A stretch of DNA of 64,000 bases from Ignavibacteria bacterium (GTDB lineage Bacteria; Elusimicrobiota; Endomicrobiia; PHAN01). Numbering within the stretch: position 1 is the first letter of the stretch; each line of letters begins with the position of its first letter. The stretch spans positions 62,658-126,657 of the forward strand of contig JBGFRZ010000082.1 of the NCBI GenBank assembly GCA_041694835.1. The letters are read 5' to 3'. The notes under the pieces are model-generated. The model searched no databases. It saw nothing but the letters and a program-made list of their open reading frames with translations, and was not told the origin of the DNA. The translations under genes and the position numbers were made by a program. Below, in pieces: positions 38,502 through 51,541 of the stretch.

Positions 38502-39299
38502 ATGTCTACAAAATACGGACAAAACTTTCTCATCGACAAAAACATAGCGCTCAAAATAGCCGAAGCCGCGGAAATTTCCGCTTCCGACACAGTCATAGAA
38601 ATAGGCCCTGGCAAAGGGATAATAACCGAACATCTACATGAGAGGGCGAAAAAAGTCATTGCAGTTGAAATAGATAAAAATCTCGCCGGACTTCTGAGCG
38701 AAAAATTTAAACACGGAAGAATTGATGTAATAAACGAAGATGTACTGAAAGTTGACCTTGCAAAACTCGCCGGAGCTGACAAAATAACGTTCGTAGGCAA
38801 CCTCCCTTACTACATATCAACTCCGATATTGCATAAGATAATGACGGGAGAATACTGGAAGACCGCCATATTCACCTTCCAGAAAGAGGTCGCCGAAAGA
38901 ATTGTGGCTAAACCATCTAAAAAGAATCCTAAAAATTATGGCTATCTTTCAGTAATCTGCACTCTCTACTCCGAGTCAAACATAATAATGAAAATACCAC
39001 CCGAGGCTTTTTTTCCGAGACCAAAAGTAATGTCGGCTGTCGTTAAGTTCAAGCCCATTTTTCCGAAAATAATAAAAGACGCCGATACGGAAAGACTCTT
39101 TTTTAAGACAGTCGGGACGGCTTTCGCTCAAAGAAGAAAAAAAATTTCGAACTCCATAGCGGCTGCGAGCGAAATTGAAAAAGAAAAAATAATAGAGATT
39201 CTGAAGCAATCCGGAATACCTTCCGACTCCAGGGCCGAAGAGCTCGGTTTGAGCGACTTCCTAAATTTGACTTACCACTTTAAAAATAGTATAATCTGA
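38502..39299 (+). CDS. rsmA: 16S rRNA m6,2A dimethyltransferase
   Basis: YGQNFL, EIGPGKG, GNLPYYIST, FFPRPKV, FAQRRK, RAEEL. Confidence 0.95.
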   Translation: MSTKYGQNFLIDKNIALKIAEAAEISASDTVIEIGPGKGIITEHLHERAKKVIAVEIDKNLAGLLSEKFKHGRIDVINEDVLKVDLAKLAGADKITFVGNLPYYISTPILHKIMTGEYWKTAIFTFQKEVAERIVAKPSKKNPKNYGYLSVICTLYSESNIIMKIPPEAFFPRPKVMSAVVKFKPIFPKIIKDADTERLFFKTVGTAFAQRRKKISNSIAAASEIEKEKIIEILKQSGIPSDSRAEELGLSDFLNLTYHFKNSII

Positions 39300-39319
39300 T
39301 ATCTAAAAATCCGCTTCTA

Positions 39320-39435
39320 TTTAAGGTTATATCAACTATTACATCTGTCTAAATAACAAAATATGACATTAAAAGGCAAAAAAAGATATCAACAAAAAGA
39401 TATCAACAAGTGTTGATAATTTTGTGGATAACATA
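39320..39435. promoter_or_regulatory. DnaA-box cluster upstream of dnaA
   Basis: Perfect TGTGGATAA at 39423-39431 plus variants TGTTGATAA and ATATCAACA (x2). Confidence 0.75.
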
Positions 39436-39443
39436 AGTTTGAA

Positions 39444-40844
39444 ATGGAAAACATTCAAGACATCTGGAAAAAGATAATAGAGGGGCTTAAAGGAAGGTTA
39501 ACATCAGAAGTTGTGGAGCTCTGGCTGGGCCCGGTTAAACTCCTAAAAAAAGAGGGTGCCGGCGAGTTATCTTTTGTTATAAAGGTGCCGAACAAATTCT
39601 TCAAAAATTGGATTGAAGAAAATCGCATAGTTGATGAGATAAAAAGGGCAATATCCGAAAAATACTCGCTCCACGACGATTCGTCCATATCCATAGAATA
39701 CCTGGAACTTCAGGATTTGTCGGCCTCAAAATCGGAAGGATTTTCCGCCGGCTTCAAACTTCAGAAAAGCGAGACGCAAGTAACAACCCGCCAGGAACAG
39801 GCCGTGGTTTCTTCGACGATTTTTAATCCCAAACTCACATTTTCAAGGTTCATAGTGGGAAAACAAAATCAATTCGCATATTCCGGGGCATGGGCGGTGG
39901 CTAATGATCCCGGAAAACAGTACAATCCTCTTTTCATATGGGGAGGAGTAGGGCTTGGTAAAACCCATCTTTTGCATGCCATAGGCAATCGGATAAAAGA
40001 AAAATCCCCGTCTTTAAAAACGCTCTATATCCAAACCGAAACCTTCATAAATGACTTTATAGATTCTCTCAGGTTCGATAAACCCGCTTCCTTCAGAAAC
40101 AAATATCGCTCGGTTGAATGCCTGCTTATCGACGACATACAATTTCTTGCTGGAAAAACAAGCTGTCAGGAAGAGTTCTTCTACACATTCAACGCCATAT
40201 ACGACTTCAAAAAACAGATAGTCCTCACTTCAGACAAACCCCCCAAAGACATTGAAGGTCTTGAGGAAAGACTAATATCCCGTTTTGTTTGGGGGCTCGT
40301 TGTTCCCATGGACCCGCCGGATCTTGAAACAAGGATAGCTATCTTGCGCTCAAAAGCCGAAGAAGAAAGGGTGTATGTTTCTGAGGACATAATACTCTAT
40401 CTCGCCAACGAGATAAAAACGAACATAAGGGTCCTCGAGGGGGCTCTAACAAAAGTTGTCGCCACCGCCGCCCTGCTTGATACCCCGTTAACTCTTGATG
40501 TCGCCAAAAAGATGCTCAGCGACATAATAACAAAAGAAAATGTTGGCGTTCCAATAAACATAGAAAGAATACAGAAAATCGTGGCGGAACATTACAACAT
40601 AAAGGTTTCGGATTTAAAGTCGAAGAAAAGAACGGAGATGCTCGCCATGCCCCGACAGATAGCGATGTATCTGTCGAGAGAGATGACGAGCGAATCTCAC
40701 ACCTCTATAGGTGACGCCTTCGGAGGGAAAGATCACAGTACGGTCATCCACGCAATAAACAAAATAAAATCGAAGGTTGTGGCAGATCCTTTTTTCAGCG
40801 CTGAAATAAACAAAATAGCTAAAAAAATAACTTTCAGCGAGTGA
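39444..40844 (+). CDS. dnaA: Chromosomal replication initiator DnaA
   Basis: YNPLFIWGGVGLGKTHL, LLIDDIQF, RQIAMYL, GGKDHSTVIHA. Confidence 0.98.
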   Translation: MENIQDIWKKIIEGLKGRLTSEVVELWLGPVKLLKKEGAGELSFVIKVPNKFFKNWIEENRIVDEIKRAISEKYSLHDDSSISIEYLELQDLSASKSEGFSAGFKLQKSETQVTTRQEQAVVSSTIFNPKLTFSRFIVGKQNQFAYSGAWAVANDPGKQYNPLFIWGGVGLGKTHLLHAIGNRIKEKSPSLKTLYIQTETFINDFIDSLRFDKPASFRNKYRSVECLLIDDIQFLAGKTSCQEEFFYTFNAIYDFKKQIVLTSDKPPKDIEGLEERLISRFVWGLVVPMDPPDLETRIAILRSKAEEERVYVSEDIILYLANEIKTNIRVLEGALTKVVATAALLDTPLTLDVAKKMLSDIITKENVGVPINIERIQKIVAEHYNIKVSDLKSKKRTEMLAMPRQIAMYLSREMTSESHTSIGDAFGGKDHSTVIHAINKIKSKVVADPFFSAEINKIAKKITFSE

Positions 40845-41085
40845 ATCTGTGTTGAATGAGTGTTGGGATTTTGTTAATAACTCTTTAAAACCGTAGATAA
40901 TTTCAAAAACCGTTGAAAAAAAGAAGTTATCAGAAAAATTTCAACTTAAAGATAAACTTTAAACATCCGCTAAAAGGTGATATTTTTACTGATAAAAAAA
41001 CGGCTTTCGAAAATTTTCAACAGAATTAACATCGCTAATACTACTAACACTAAATTAAAGATATAGTATTAAATCAACATTAAGG
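40845..41085. other. Probable oriC unwinding region
   Basis: AT-rich dnaA-dnaN spacer with degenerate boxes (TGTTGAAT, TGTTAATAA, TTTTCAACA) and DnaA-trio-like GCTAATACTACTAAC at about 41034-41048; gene orientation is mostly divergent around this region. Confidence 0.7.
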
Positions 41086-41092
41086 AGGATTT

Positions 41093-42244
41093 ATGTTTAT
41101 CAAAGCGCCGAAGGAAAAATTTGTATCTATGCTAAATGTAATACAAAATGCCGTATCCCAAAAGACGACGATGCAGATACTGAACAACTTCTACATAGGC
41201 ATAAAAGGAAAGAAGGTCCATCTTTCCGCCACGGACCTCGAGATATATGTTGAAGGAGAATTCGACATTGACGATGGGACGAAATCCGAAAAAGAGAAAA
41301 TAGAGCTTAAGGATGGCGAGTGCGCTATTCCAGCCAAGAGGTTCATAGATATGCTCAAAGAACAAGAGTCCGGAAAGATGCTTTCGGTTGAGATTGGAGA
41401 GTCAAACAGGGTGGATGTGAAATGCGGAAGGTCGCACTTTAATCTGCCCGGGTTTTCGGCGAAAGACTATCCCGAACCCCTTGAGTTTCCGAAACAGAAA
41501 GTCATCGCGGTTTCGTCAGTTCTTATGAAAGACATAATAGAAAAAACACTCTTCGCTGTATCGGCCGAGGACATAAGATATGCCCTCAACGGCGTTTATT
41601 TTATAGTTGAAAAAGATACTCTGAAGCTGGTTTCAACCGACTCTCGCCGCCTTGCTTTTGTAAGCGGGGATATAGACGGCTCCAAATTCACCCACAGCGC
41701 TATAGTTCCGCAGAAAGCCCTAAACGAACTTCTTCGTCTTATAGACTTACTGCAGCCGACGTCGATTAAAATAGGATTTTCGGACAATCAGGTTTCTTTC
41801 GAGTTGAACGAGGTTACTTTGAGCTCCAGAATTATCGACGGCGAGTTTCCGAACTACGAAAGGGTGATTCCAAAAACATCCGCCATATCTGCCAAGATAA
41901 AGGCTAAAGATCTTCTTTCAGGTCTCAGGCAGTTGCAGTTTCTGTCACAGGACAAATCCAGTGCGGTGAAGTTTTCGTTCAAAAAAGGAGTCCTCACGCT
42001 TGTGGCGTCTGCACAGGGCATAGGGCAGGGGGAGGTGGAGCTCGACATAGATTACAGCGACAAGCCGCTCGATATAATCTTCAATATGAATTATCTTTTC
42101 GATTTTTTAAAAGTTGTAAAAGAAAGCGAACTCAAGATTGAGCTGAATTCCGGGGTAAACCCGGCCATATTTTCACTGGCTTCGGAAATGATGCCGAACG
42201 TGAAGAAATATCTTTACATCGTCATGCCGATAAGAACGGAATAA
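41093..42244 (+). CDS. dnaN: DNA polymerase III beta clamp
   Basis: ATDLEI, RYALNGV, STDSRRLA, IDGEFPNYERVIP, IVMPIR. Confidence 0.96.
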   Translation: MFIKAPKEKFVSMLNVIQNAVSQKTTMQILNNFYIGIKGKKVHLSATDLEIYVEGEFDIDDGTKSEKEKIELKDGECAIPAKRFIDMLKEQESGKMLSVEIGESNRVDVKCGRSHFNLPGFSAKDYPEPLEFPKQKVIAVSSVLMKDIIEKTLFAVSAEDIRYALNGVYFIVEKDTLKLVSTDSRRLAFVSGDIDGSKFTHSAIVPQKALNELLRLIDLLQPTSIKIGFSDNQVSFELNEVTLSSRIIDGEFPNYERVIPKTSAISAKIKAKDLLSGLRQLQFLSQDKSSAVKFSFKKGVLTLVASAQGIGQGEVELDIDYSDKPLDIIFNMNYLFDFLKVVKESELKIELNSGVNPAIFSLASEMMPNVKKYLYIVMPIRTE

Positions 42245-42249
42245 TAAGC

Positions 42250-42528
42250 GTGGTAACGAAGGCGAAGGATATAGTCGAGCTTGTATTCAAGAAATTTGGT
42301 TTTTCTTCGAGAACTCAGGATATTTTTGAAGCGTGGGCTAGCCTCGATAGAGCCATAACGCTTGATTCGGAGCTTTGTGAGGTTTGCCGCGGAGTTCTTT
42401 ATGTTAAAGTGAGGTCTCCGATGGCATTTAATAGCTTGTACTACAACAAACGTAAGATAATACACTCGCTTAATGCGAGGCTCAAAGAAAAGGTTGTAAA
42501 AGATATAAAATTTGAAATGGCTCTTTAG
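42250..42528 (+). CDS. DciA/DUF721-family protein
   Basis: AW..GVLYVKV.S....L.Y.K.KII..LN..L....VKDIKF; position between dnaN and gyrB. Confidence 0.7.
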   Translation: MVTKAKDIVELVFKKFGFSSRTQDIFEAWASLDRAITLDSELCEVCRGVLYVKVRSPMAFNSLYYNKRKIIHSLNARLKEKVVKDIKFEMAL

Positions 42529-42577
42529 AGCATTCGTATAGAATATACAACGGCGAAAAGAGAGTTTCTTCCGTTAG

Positions 42578-45058
<2,481 letters not shown>

Positions 45059-45075
45059 AATCGTAAAAAAGTAGA

Positions 45076-46092
45076 ATGAAAACAAAGGTAAAATGTAAAC
45101 AAAGAGAGAACAAACAATCGTTTGTAAGAGAGAACGTAACCTCATCACTTTCTTATCGGATAACTATACCAAATTTTGAATATGGTGCTATTTGGGAAGA
45201 CCCGATTAGCGGACATAAAATTGGCTGCCTTGATGTATCAAAAAAGGAAGATGTTGAAAGGCTGATGCAGGGCAAAAAAGCAATCTTAGCGGTTCAAGAC
45301 CCGCCGTATAATGTTGATATAAATGACGAGTTTGGAAACTTGCCTTTGGAAAAATACATTAACTGGAGCGAAAAGTGGGTTGATAATACAATAGATATTC
45401 TTGATAAAAATTCCTCTCTTTATATTTGGCTTGGTGCAGATATTAGAAATGCCTTGCAACCACTACCAGATTTTATGATTATGATGAGAAACAAACCCGT
45501 TCAAATTAGAAACTTTATTACAATGAGAAATCAACGGGGGTACGGAACTCAGAAAAACTGGATGGCAATACGGCAAGAATTGCTTTACTACATAAAAGGC
45601 GAGCCGATTTTTAATGTTCAAGCCGAATATACAGACATACTAAAAAAAACAAAGGGATACTATAAAGAAGTAAACGGAAAAGTTACGGAAAATTTTGAGA
45701 GAAGCAAATCCTTAACTATCAGAGCAGGAAATGTTTGGCACGATATACAACAGGTTTTCTATTTAATGCATGAGAATGTAGAGGGTTGTTTTGCTCAAAA
45801 ACCACTTAAATCAGTAAAAAGAATTATTGAAGCAAGTAGTAATAAGGGCGACATTGTCATAGATTTTTTCGGCCATTCCGGTTCTACTTTGTTGCAAACG
45901 GAATTAAGTAAAAGAAAATGTTATACGATGGATATAAATCCCGCATATTGCAAAATAATGGCCGCCCGCCTGCTCCATTATCGCCGAACAGGCGAAACTG
46001 GCTGGGGCAGGACAAAAATTTTAAAGGATGGGAAAATTTTAGTGCAGGACGAACAATTATTAGGCACACCAACCTTATTAGATTTAATTTAA
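45076..46092 (+). CDS. Type II DNA methyltransferase (beta class)
   Basis: QDPPYN, AQKP, DFFGHSGST; AT-rich. Confidence 0.88.
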   Translation: MKTKVKCKQRENKQSFVRENVTSSLSYRITIPNFEYGAIWEDPISGHKIGCLDVSKKEDVERLMQGKKAILAVQDPPYNVDINDEFGNLPLEKYINWSEKWVDNTIDILDKNSSLYIWLGADIRNALQPLPDFMIMMRNKPVQIRNFITMRNQRGYGTQKNWMAIRQELLYYIKGEPIFNVQAEYTDILKKTKGYYKEVNGKVTENFERSKSLTIRAGNVWHDIQQVFYLMHENVEGCFAQKPLKSVKRIIEASSNKGDIVIDFFGHSGSTLLQTELSKRKCYTMDINPAYCKIMAARLLHYRRTGETGWGRTKILKDGKILVQDEQLLGTPTLLDLI

Positions 46093-46097
46093 ACAAT

Positions 46098-46829
46098 ATG
46101 GACAAAAGGAATTTAGACAAAAAACTGGAAGAATGGATTAAAGAATTACCACAGGAAAGTAAGAAATCTTTACTGGCTCGTTTAAGCGGTTTGAAATCTA
46201 TTTATCCGTTCAATGAATACGAATATCGTTTGATGTATCTTTTGGATAAGAAAATTATTACTTTCCGAGAGTATGAGGATTTGAGAAATTCCTATGTTAA
46301 TGCCAATCCTTATCTGAATCTCTATAGTATTTCGCCGCGAGTGTTTGGTGAAATTTGGGCCCAACAGCATTTAGTTGATATTGATGCAAGATTTAAGAAA
46401 CCGTCAAAAAAAATTGATAAAAAGTATTCCGGCGATTATGACCTTTATCTTGAAAACGAAAAGAAAATAATAAAAGTTGAAGTTAAGGCATGTCGGGCAA
46501 TCAATACAAAACTTCGTGGCGGACTGGAAACCAAAGCGTTAAGCTTTGAATCAGACGAGCCGTATTGGATGAATTTTCAGCAGATTAAATTGGACATAGC
46601 GGATGTTTTCGTTTTTGTCGGCGTTTGGGTAGATAAAATTCTTTATTGGGTTTTAACGAATAAAGAGGTTAAGAAACACCCAACCAGAAGTCATCAACAC
46701 AGAGGCGGTATTGAATACCAAATTGGCATTACAGAAAAGAATATAAAGGAATTTAAGAAATTTTTAGTTAAACCAAATCGATTAGTTGATAATATAAAAT
46801 CAAACTTGCTAAAGGATGGAATTACTTAA
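46098..46829 (+). CDS. Putative type II restriction endonuclease (PD-(D/E)xK)
   Basis: [23 protein letters not shown]; adjacent to the MTase; start MDKRNLD. Confidence 0.7.
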   Translation: MDKRNLDKKLEEWIKELPQESKKSLLARLSGLKSIYPFNEYEYRLMYLLDKKIITFREYEDLRNSYVNANPYLNLYSISPRVFGEIWAQQHLVDIDARFKKPSKKIDKKYSGDYDLYLENEKKIIKVEVKACRAINTKLRGGLETKALSFESDEPYWMNFQQIKLDIADVFVFVGVWVDKILYWVLTNKEVKKHPTRSHQHRGGIEYQIGITEKNIKEFKKFLVKPNRLVDNIKSNLLKDGIT

Positions 46830-46831
46830 TT

Positions 46832-49354
46832 ATGACGGAACAGAATGAAAAAAATTTAGAAAAAAATCAAAAACAAGAAATCTTACCGACGGGCATAACC
46901 CCCAGAAACATTGAAGACGAGATGAAGTCGTCATTCATTGATTATTCGATGAGCGTTATAATGAGCCGCGCTCTTCCCGATATTCGCGACGGTTTGAAAC
47001 CCGTTCATCGAAGAATTTTATTCACAATGAAAGAAATGGGTCTTCGACATAACGTTGCATATAAAAAGTCAGCCCGCGTCGTCGGTGATTGCCTTGGAAA
47101 GTATCATCCGCACGGCGACACCGCCGTCTATGATTCAATGGTCAGAATGGCTCAGGATTTTTCGCTCAGATACCCGCTTGTCGACGGACAAGGCAATTTC
47201 GGCTCAGTCGACGGCGATAGCCCTGCCGCTATGAGATACACGGAAGTAAGAATGAAGACCATAGCCGACGAACTCTTGTCAGACCTTGACAAAGAAACGG
47301 TGGATTTTGTCCCGAACTACGACGGTTCACTTGAAGAGCCGTCCATACTTCCAGCAAAACTTCCCAATCTTTTAATCAACGGCTCGTCGGGCATTGCCGT
47401 CGGTATGGCAACGAACATACCGCCGCATAACCTGTCTGAGGTTATAGACGGAACGCTCGCCGTCATCGATGACCCTGAAATAACGGTTCAGGGGATTTCA
47501 AAAATCGTCAAAGGCCCAGATTTTCCGACGGCAGGAATAATTCAAGGAAAATCCGGAATAAAGAGTTATCTTGAAACCGGTCGCGGCTCCGTCAAGATGC
47601 GCGCCAAAGCCGAGCTCGAGGAGATGAAGGGCAACCGCGAGGCGATAATAATAAACGAGCTCCCCTACCAAGTGAACAAAGCGTCCCTGCTTGAAGCCAT
47701 AGCCGACCTTGTAAAGGACAAAAAACTCGACGGTATATCAGATCTCAGAGATGAGTCCGACAGAAAAGGGATGAGGGTGGTCATAGAGCTCAAGCGCGAC
47801 GCAAACGCTCAGATAGTTTTGAACCAACTGTTCAAGCACACCCAGATGGAGAGTTCGTTCGGCGTAATAATGCTTGCAATCGTCGACGGCAAACCGCGAA
47901 TATTGAACATAAAACAACTCCTTGAAAACTATATCGAGCACAGAAAAGTAATCGTCATAAGGCGGACAAAATATGAATTAAAAAAAGCCGAGGCTCGCGC
48001 CCATATCCTTGAAGGATTGAAAATCGCTCTCGACCATCTCGACGCCGTCATAAAGACGATAAGAGAATCAAAGGATGTTGAGTCGGCTCGCGAACGTCTG
48101 ATAGAAAAATTCAAACTCACAAAAATTCAGGCGCAGGCGATACTGGAAATGAAACTCCAGCAATTGACAAATCTCGAAAGAAAGAAAATCGACGACGAAT
48201 ATCTTGAGTTGATAAAGTTGATTGATAAATTGAAATCAATTCTGGCAGATACCCGAAAGGTATTGAACGTCATCAGGACGGAACTGGAAGAACTGAAAGA
48301 AAAACACGGCGACGCCCGCCGCACAAGGATTGTTGCCCAGATGGTCGAACTCGACGAGGAAGATTTGATTCAGCATGAAGAAGTCGCGGTAACGCTTTCG
48401 CATACCGGCTACATTAAAAGGATACCACTCTCTACTTACAGAGCTCAGGGTCGCGGTGGTAGGGGCGTTACGGGAATGACAACGAAAGACGAGGACTTCG
48501 TCGAACATCTCTTTACGACCGACACTCATGCGTATCTCTTGCTTTTCACGAATAAAGGACGATGTCACTGGCTCAGGGTCTATGAAATTCCCGAAGGAAC
48601 TCGCGCGGCGAAAGGCAAGGCGGCGGTTAATTTTATTCAGATCAGCTCCAATGAAAAAATAACGGCGGCCATACCCATCAAGTCATTTGAGGAAGAAAAA
48701 GAATCGTATCTTCTGATGGCGACAAAAACGGGAACGATAAAGAAGACACCCCTTTCCGAATATTCAAACCCTAGAAAAGGCGGAATAATAGCGCTCAATC
48801 TTGAAACCGGAGATGAACTCATAGATGTCAAGCATACCGACGGCGAATCCGAAGTGCTCATGGCCACCAGAGACGGCATAGCCATAAGATTCAAGGAGAC
48901 GGATGTCAGACCGATCGGCCGCGCAGGAAAAGGCGTAAGAGGTATAAAACTTGAAAAAAACGACTCTGTCGTAGGCATGGAAGCCGTCAGAAAAGACGAC
49001 ATATTTCTTACCGCCACCGAGAACGGCTACGGAAAAAGAACAGAGGTCGGCAAATATCGTCTTCAATCGCGTAGCGGAAAAGGCGTCAAAAATATGAAAA
49101 CGACCGATAGAAACGGAAGAGTCGTAGGGATAAAGAAAGCGATCGATACAGACGACCTTATGCTTATGACTCAAAAAGGCGTGACTATACGGCTTGCGTG
49201 TCAGTCAGTTGGTATAATAGGAAGAAATGTGCAAGGCGTTCGACTTGTGCGTCTTGATGAAGGCGATAAACTTTCTGCCATAGCGACCGTCGTTAAAGAA
49301 GAAAACGGCGACTCGGCCGCTAACCCCGAGAAATCGGAGAAATCTCAGCAGTGA
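46832..49354 (+). CDS. gyrA: DNA gyrase subunit A
   Basis: [22 protein letters not shown], GyrA-box QGRGGRG. Confidence 0.98.
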   Translation: MTEQNEKNLEKNQKQEILPTGITPRNIEDEMKSSFIDYSMSVIMSRALPDIRDGLKPVHRRILFTMKEMGLRHNVAYKKSARVVGDCLGKYHPHGDTAVYDSMVRMAQDFSLRYPLVDGQGNFGSVDGDSPAAMRYTEVRMKTIADELLSDLDKETVDFVPNYDGSLEEPSILPAKLPNLLINGSSGIAVGMATNIPPHNLSEVIDGTLAVIDDPEITVQGISKIVKGPDFPTAGIIQGKSGIKSYLETGRGSVKMRAKAELEEMKGNREAIIINELPYQVNKASLLEAIADLVKDKKLDGISDLRDESDRKGMRVVIELKRDANAQIVLNQLFKHTQMESSFGVIMLAIVDGKPRILNIKQLLENYIEHRKVIVIRRTKYELKKAEARAHILEGLKIALDHLDAVIKTIRESKDVESARERLIEKFKLTKIQAQAILEMKLQQLTNLERKKIDDEYLELIKLIDKLKSILADTRKVLNVIRTELEELKEKHGDARRTRIVAQMVELDEEDLIQHEEVAVTLSHTGYIKRIPLSTYRAQGRGGRGVTGMTTKDEDFVEHLFTTDTHAYLLLFTNKGRCHWLRVYEIPEGTRAAKGKAAVNFIQISSNEKITAAIPIKSFEEEKESYLLMATKTGTIKKTPLSEYSNPRKGGIIALNLETGDELIDVKHTDGESEVLMATRDGIAIRFKETDVRPIGRAGKGVRGIKLEKNDSVVGMEAVRKDDIFLTATENGYGKRTEVGKYRLQSRSGKGVKNMKTTDRNGRVVGIKKAIDTDDLMLMTQKGVTIRLACQSVGIIGRNVQGVRLVRLDEGDKLSAIATVVKEENGDSAANPEKSEKSQQ

Positions 49355-49420
49355 TAAATTTCTCAGACGAGAAATTCGAACAAATGTTCGAAAGTTCCGA
49401 CGAGAGAATTCGGGGGTTTA

Positions 49421-49840
49421 ATGGAAGGCTTCAAGCTAATAAACCACACCGCCGATACAGGGATAGAAGTCGCAGGTCATACCCTTGAAGAGCTTTTTGT
49501 AAATTCGGCTCGCGGCTTATATTGCATACTTCTTGGCGAAAAAGTTGAATCCCGCCTCAAAAAAAAACTTCCCCAAAAAAGCAATATCTCCCTCGATGCC
49601 CCGGATATAGAAACCCTAATAGTTGAATGGCTTAATGAGATTCTTTTTTTTGCCGTAAATAAAAACAAGTATTTTGATAAAATAGAGTTAAAGATATCTG
49701 GCAACGCGCTGAAAGCGTCGCTTGCCGGCGGCATATTTGAAGGCGGTTTCCGTCACGAGGTAAAATCGACGACATATCACGACTTAAAAATCGAAAAAAC
49801 AAAAAAAGGTTACAGAACAAAAATAATATTCGACATCTGA
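49421..49840 (+). CDS. Archease
   Basis: HTAD, EVKSTTYH, C-terminal FDI. Confidence 0.9.
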   Translation: MEGFKLINHTADTGIEVAGHTLEELFVNSARGLYCILLGEKVESRLKKKLPQKSNISLDAPDIETLIVEWLNEILFFAVNKNKYFDKIELKISGNALKASLAGGIFEGGFRHEVKSTTYHDLKIEKTKKGYRTKIIFDI

Positions 49841-49862
49841 AGCAGCGAAGCGAATAAAAATC

Positions 49863-51314
49863 ATGGAACTTTCACTTACTAAAGTTGATAGCTACAGGTG
49901 GAAAATCGAAAAAAGTGTTCCAATGAGAGTCGAAGGCTTGATTTTCGCCTCAGAGAAGATGATTCCTCATATACGTTCACAGAAAGCGGTCCAGCAGGTC
50001 TCAAATGTGGCTACGCTTCCTGGAATTGTTGGTATGTCCCTGGCTATGCCGGACATCCACTGGGGATACGGCTTTCCGATAGGTGGCGTGGCTGCTTTCG
50101 ACGTAAATACAGGAATAATTTCTCCCGGAGGAGTCGGCTACGATATTAATTGTGGAGTGAGGCTTCTGAGAACAAATCTGAAAAAGCAAGACATAAAAAT
50201 TCCCCCCCTTGTTGAAGAGCTTTTCAGAAATATCCCCTCGGGCGTGGGCTCGACCGGAAAACTGACACTGACGCAAACAGAAGTAAAAAATGTTTTGGTG
50301 GAAGGCGCCAAGTGGGCGGTAAAAAAAGGATTTGGTTTTCTTGAGGATATTAAACGCACGGAGGAAGGGGGAGCCATGGCCGGCGCCGACTATGATGATG
50401 TTTCGGCTAGGGCGATAGAGAGAGGAAAACCTCAACTCGGAACGCTTGGGGCCGGAAATCACTTTCTCGAGATTCAGGAGCTCGTCGAGATTTACGACGA
50501 AAAAGCGGCGGCGGTTCTCGGAGTATTCAAGGGACAGATAATGATAATGATTCATACCGGTTCCCGCGGGCTCGGGTATCAGGTCTGCGATGACTACCTT
50601 AAAATGCTACAGCATGCGATTCAAAAATACAACATTTTCCTTCCCGACAGGCAGCTAGCCTGCGCCCCGGTTGATTCGCCCGAAGGCAAGAAATACTTCT
50701 CGGCTATGGCCGCCGCTGCAAACTACGCATGGGCCAACAGGCAACTCATAACCCACTGGACGAGGGAATCATTCATAAGAGCGCTTTCAAAATCAATTTC
50801 GGATATCGGGCTTGAGGTCGTCTATGATGTCGCCCACAACATAGCGAAGTTTGAAGAGCATATCGTTTCCGATGACAATGCCCAAGAAGGCCGTCGGCGA
50901 CGGCTTCTTATTCACAGAAAGGGCGCCACGCGTTCTTTTCCCGCGAAGCATCCCGACATTCCGAAAGATTACATAACCGTAGGACAACCCGTGATAGTAC
51001 CGGGAACGATGGGAACCGAGAGCTATCTCCTTATAGGGACAGAATACGCGATGAAAGAAACATGGGGCTCCACTTGCCATGGGGCGGGCCGAATGATGAG
51101 CCGCTCCCAGATTTTAAGACAGGTGAGGGGGGAAGAGTTGAAGAATCGCTTACGCGATCAGGGCATCAGTGTCTTGTCCGAATCATGGAAGACGCTTGCC
51201 GAGGAAGCGCCCGAGGCGTATAAGGATGTCACAGAAGTTGTCGATGTCTGCCACAATGCCGGGATTTCGAAAAAAGTTGCCAAGATGAAACCCCTTGGCG
51301 TTATAAAAGGGTGA
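49863..51314 (+). CDS. rtcB: RNA-splicing/repair ligase RtcB
   Basis: MPDIHWGYGFPIGGV, GYDINCG, GNHFLE, HTGSRG, HRKGATR, STCHGAGR, EEAPEAYK. Confidence 0.96.
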   Translation: MELSLTKVDSYRWKIEKSVPMRVEGLIFASEKMIPHIRSQKAVQQVSNVATLPGIVGMSLAMPDIHWGYGFPIGGVAAFDVNTGIISPGGVGYDINCGVRLLRTNLKKQDIKIPPLVEELFRNIPSGVGSTGKLTLTQTEVKNVLVEGAKWAVKKGFGFLEDIKRTEEGGAMAGADYDDVSARAIERGKPQLGTLGAGNHFLEIQELVEIYDEKAAAVLGVFKGQIMIMIHTGSRGLGYQVCDDYLKMLQHAIQKYNIFLPDRQLACAPVDSPEGKKYFSAMAAAANYAWANRQLITHWTRESFIRALSKSISDIGLEVVYDVAHNIAKFEEHIVSDDNAQEGRRRRLLIHRKGATRSFPAKHPDIPKDYITVGQPVIVPGTMGTESYLLIGTEYAMKETWGSTCHGAGRMMSRSQILRQVRGEELKNRLRDQGISVLSESWKTLAEEAPEAYKDVTEVVDVCHNAGISKKVAKMKPLGVIKG

Positions 51315-51352
51315 CGCAACTTTATTAAAAATATATTATTTTTTTGTATAAT

Positions 51353-51528
51353 GAGCTCGTTGAAAAACCTTAATCTTTTGAACGATTTGGCAGTTTTAGG
51401 TTAAAAGTTGAAATCGTTTAGACCGCAATGTCCGACGAGCAAAGCGAGGAGTTTTGCGGTCTGATTGAAACTTTTAACCGTTAAGAAACTGCCCTTTAAG
51501 TGAAAAAGATGGGTTTTTCAATAATCTC
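51353..51528. mobile_element. 176-bp palindromic MITE with 5-bp flanking direct repeat ATAAT
   Basis: Ends GAG..TTGAAAAACC / GGTTTTTCAA..CTC; nested arms GGCAGTTT, GGTTAAAAGTT, AGACCGCAA; ATAAT at 51348-52 and 51529-33. Confidence 0.7.
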
Positions 51529-51541
51529 ATAATATCTTGCT

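Noticed and set aside
45918-46097. Long overlap start of the nuclease ORF
   Set aside because: Overlaps the MTase by 175 bp; the ATG at 46098 just after the MTase stop is more plausible.
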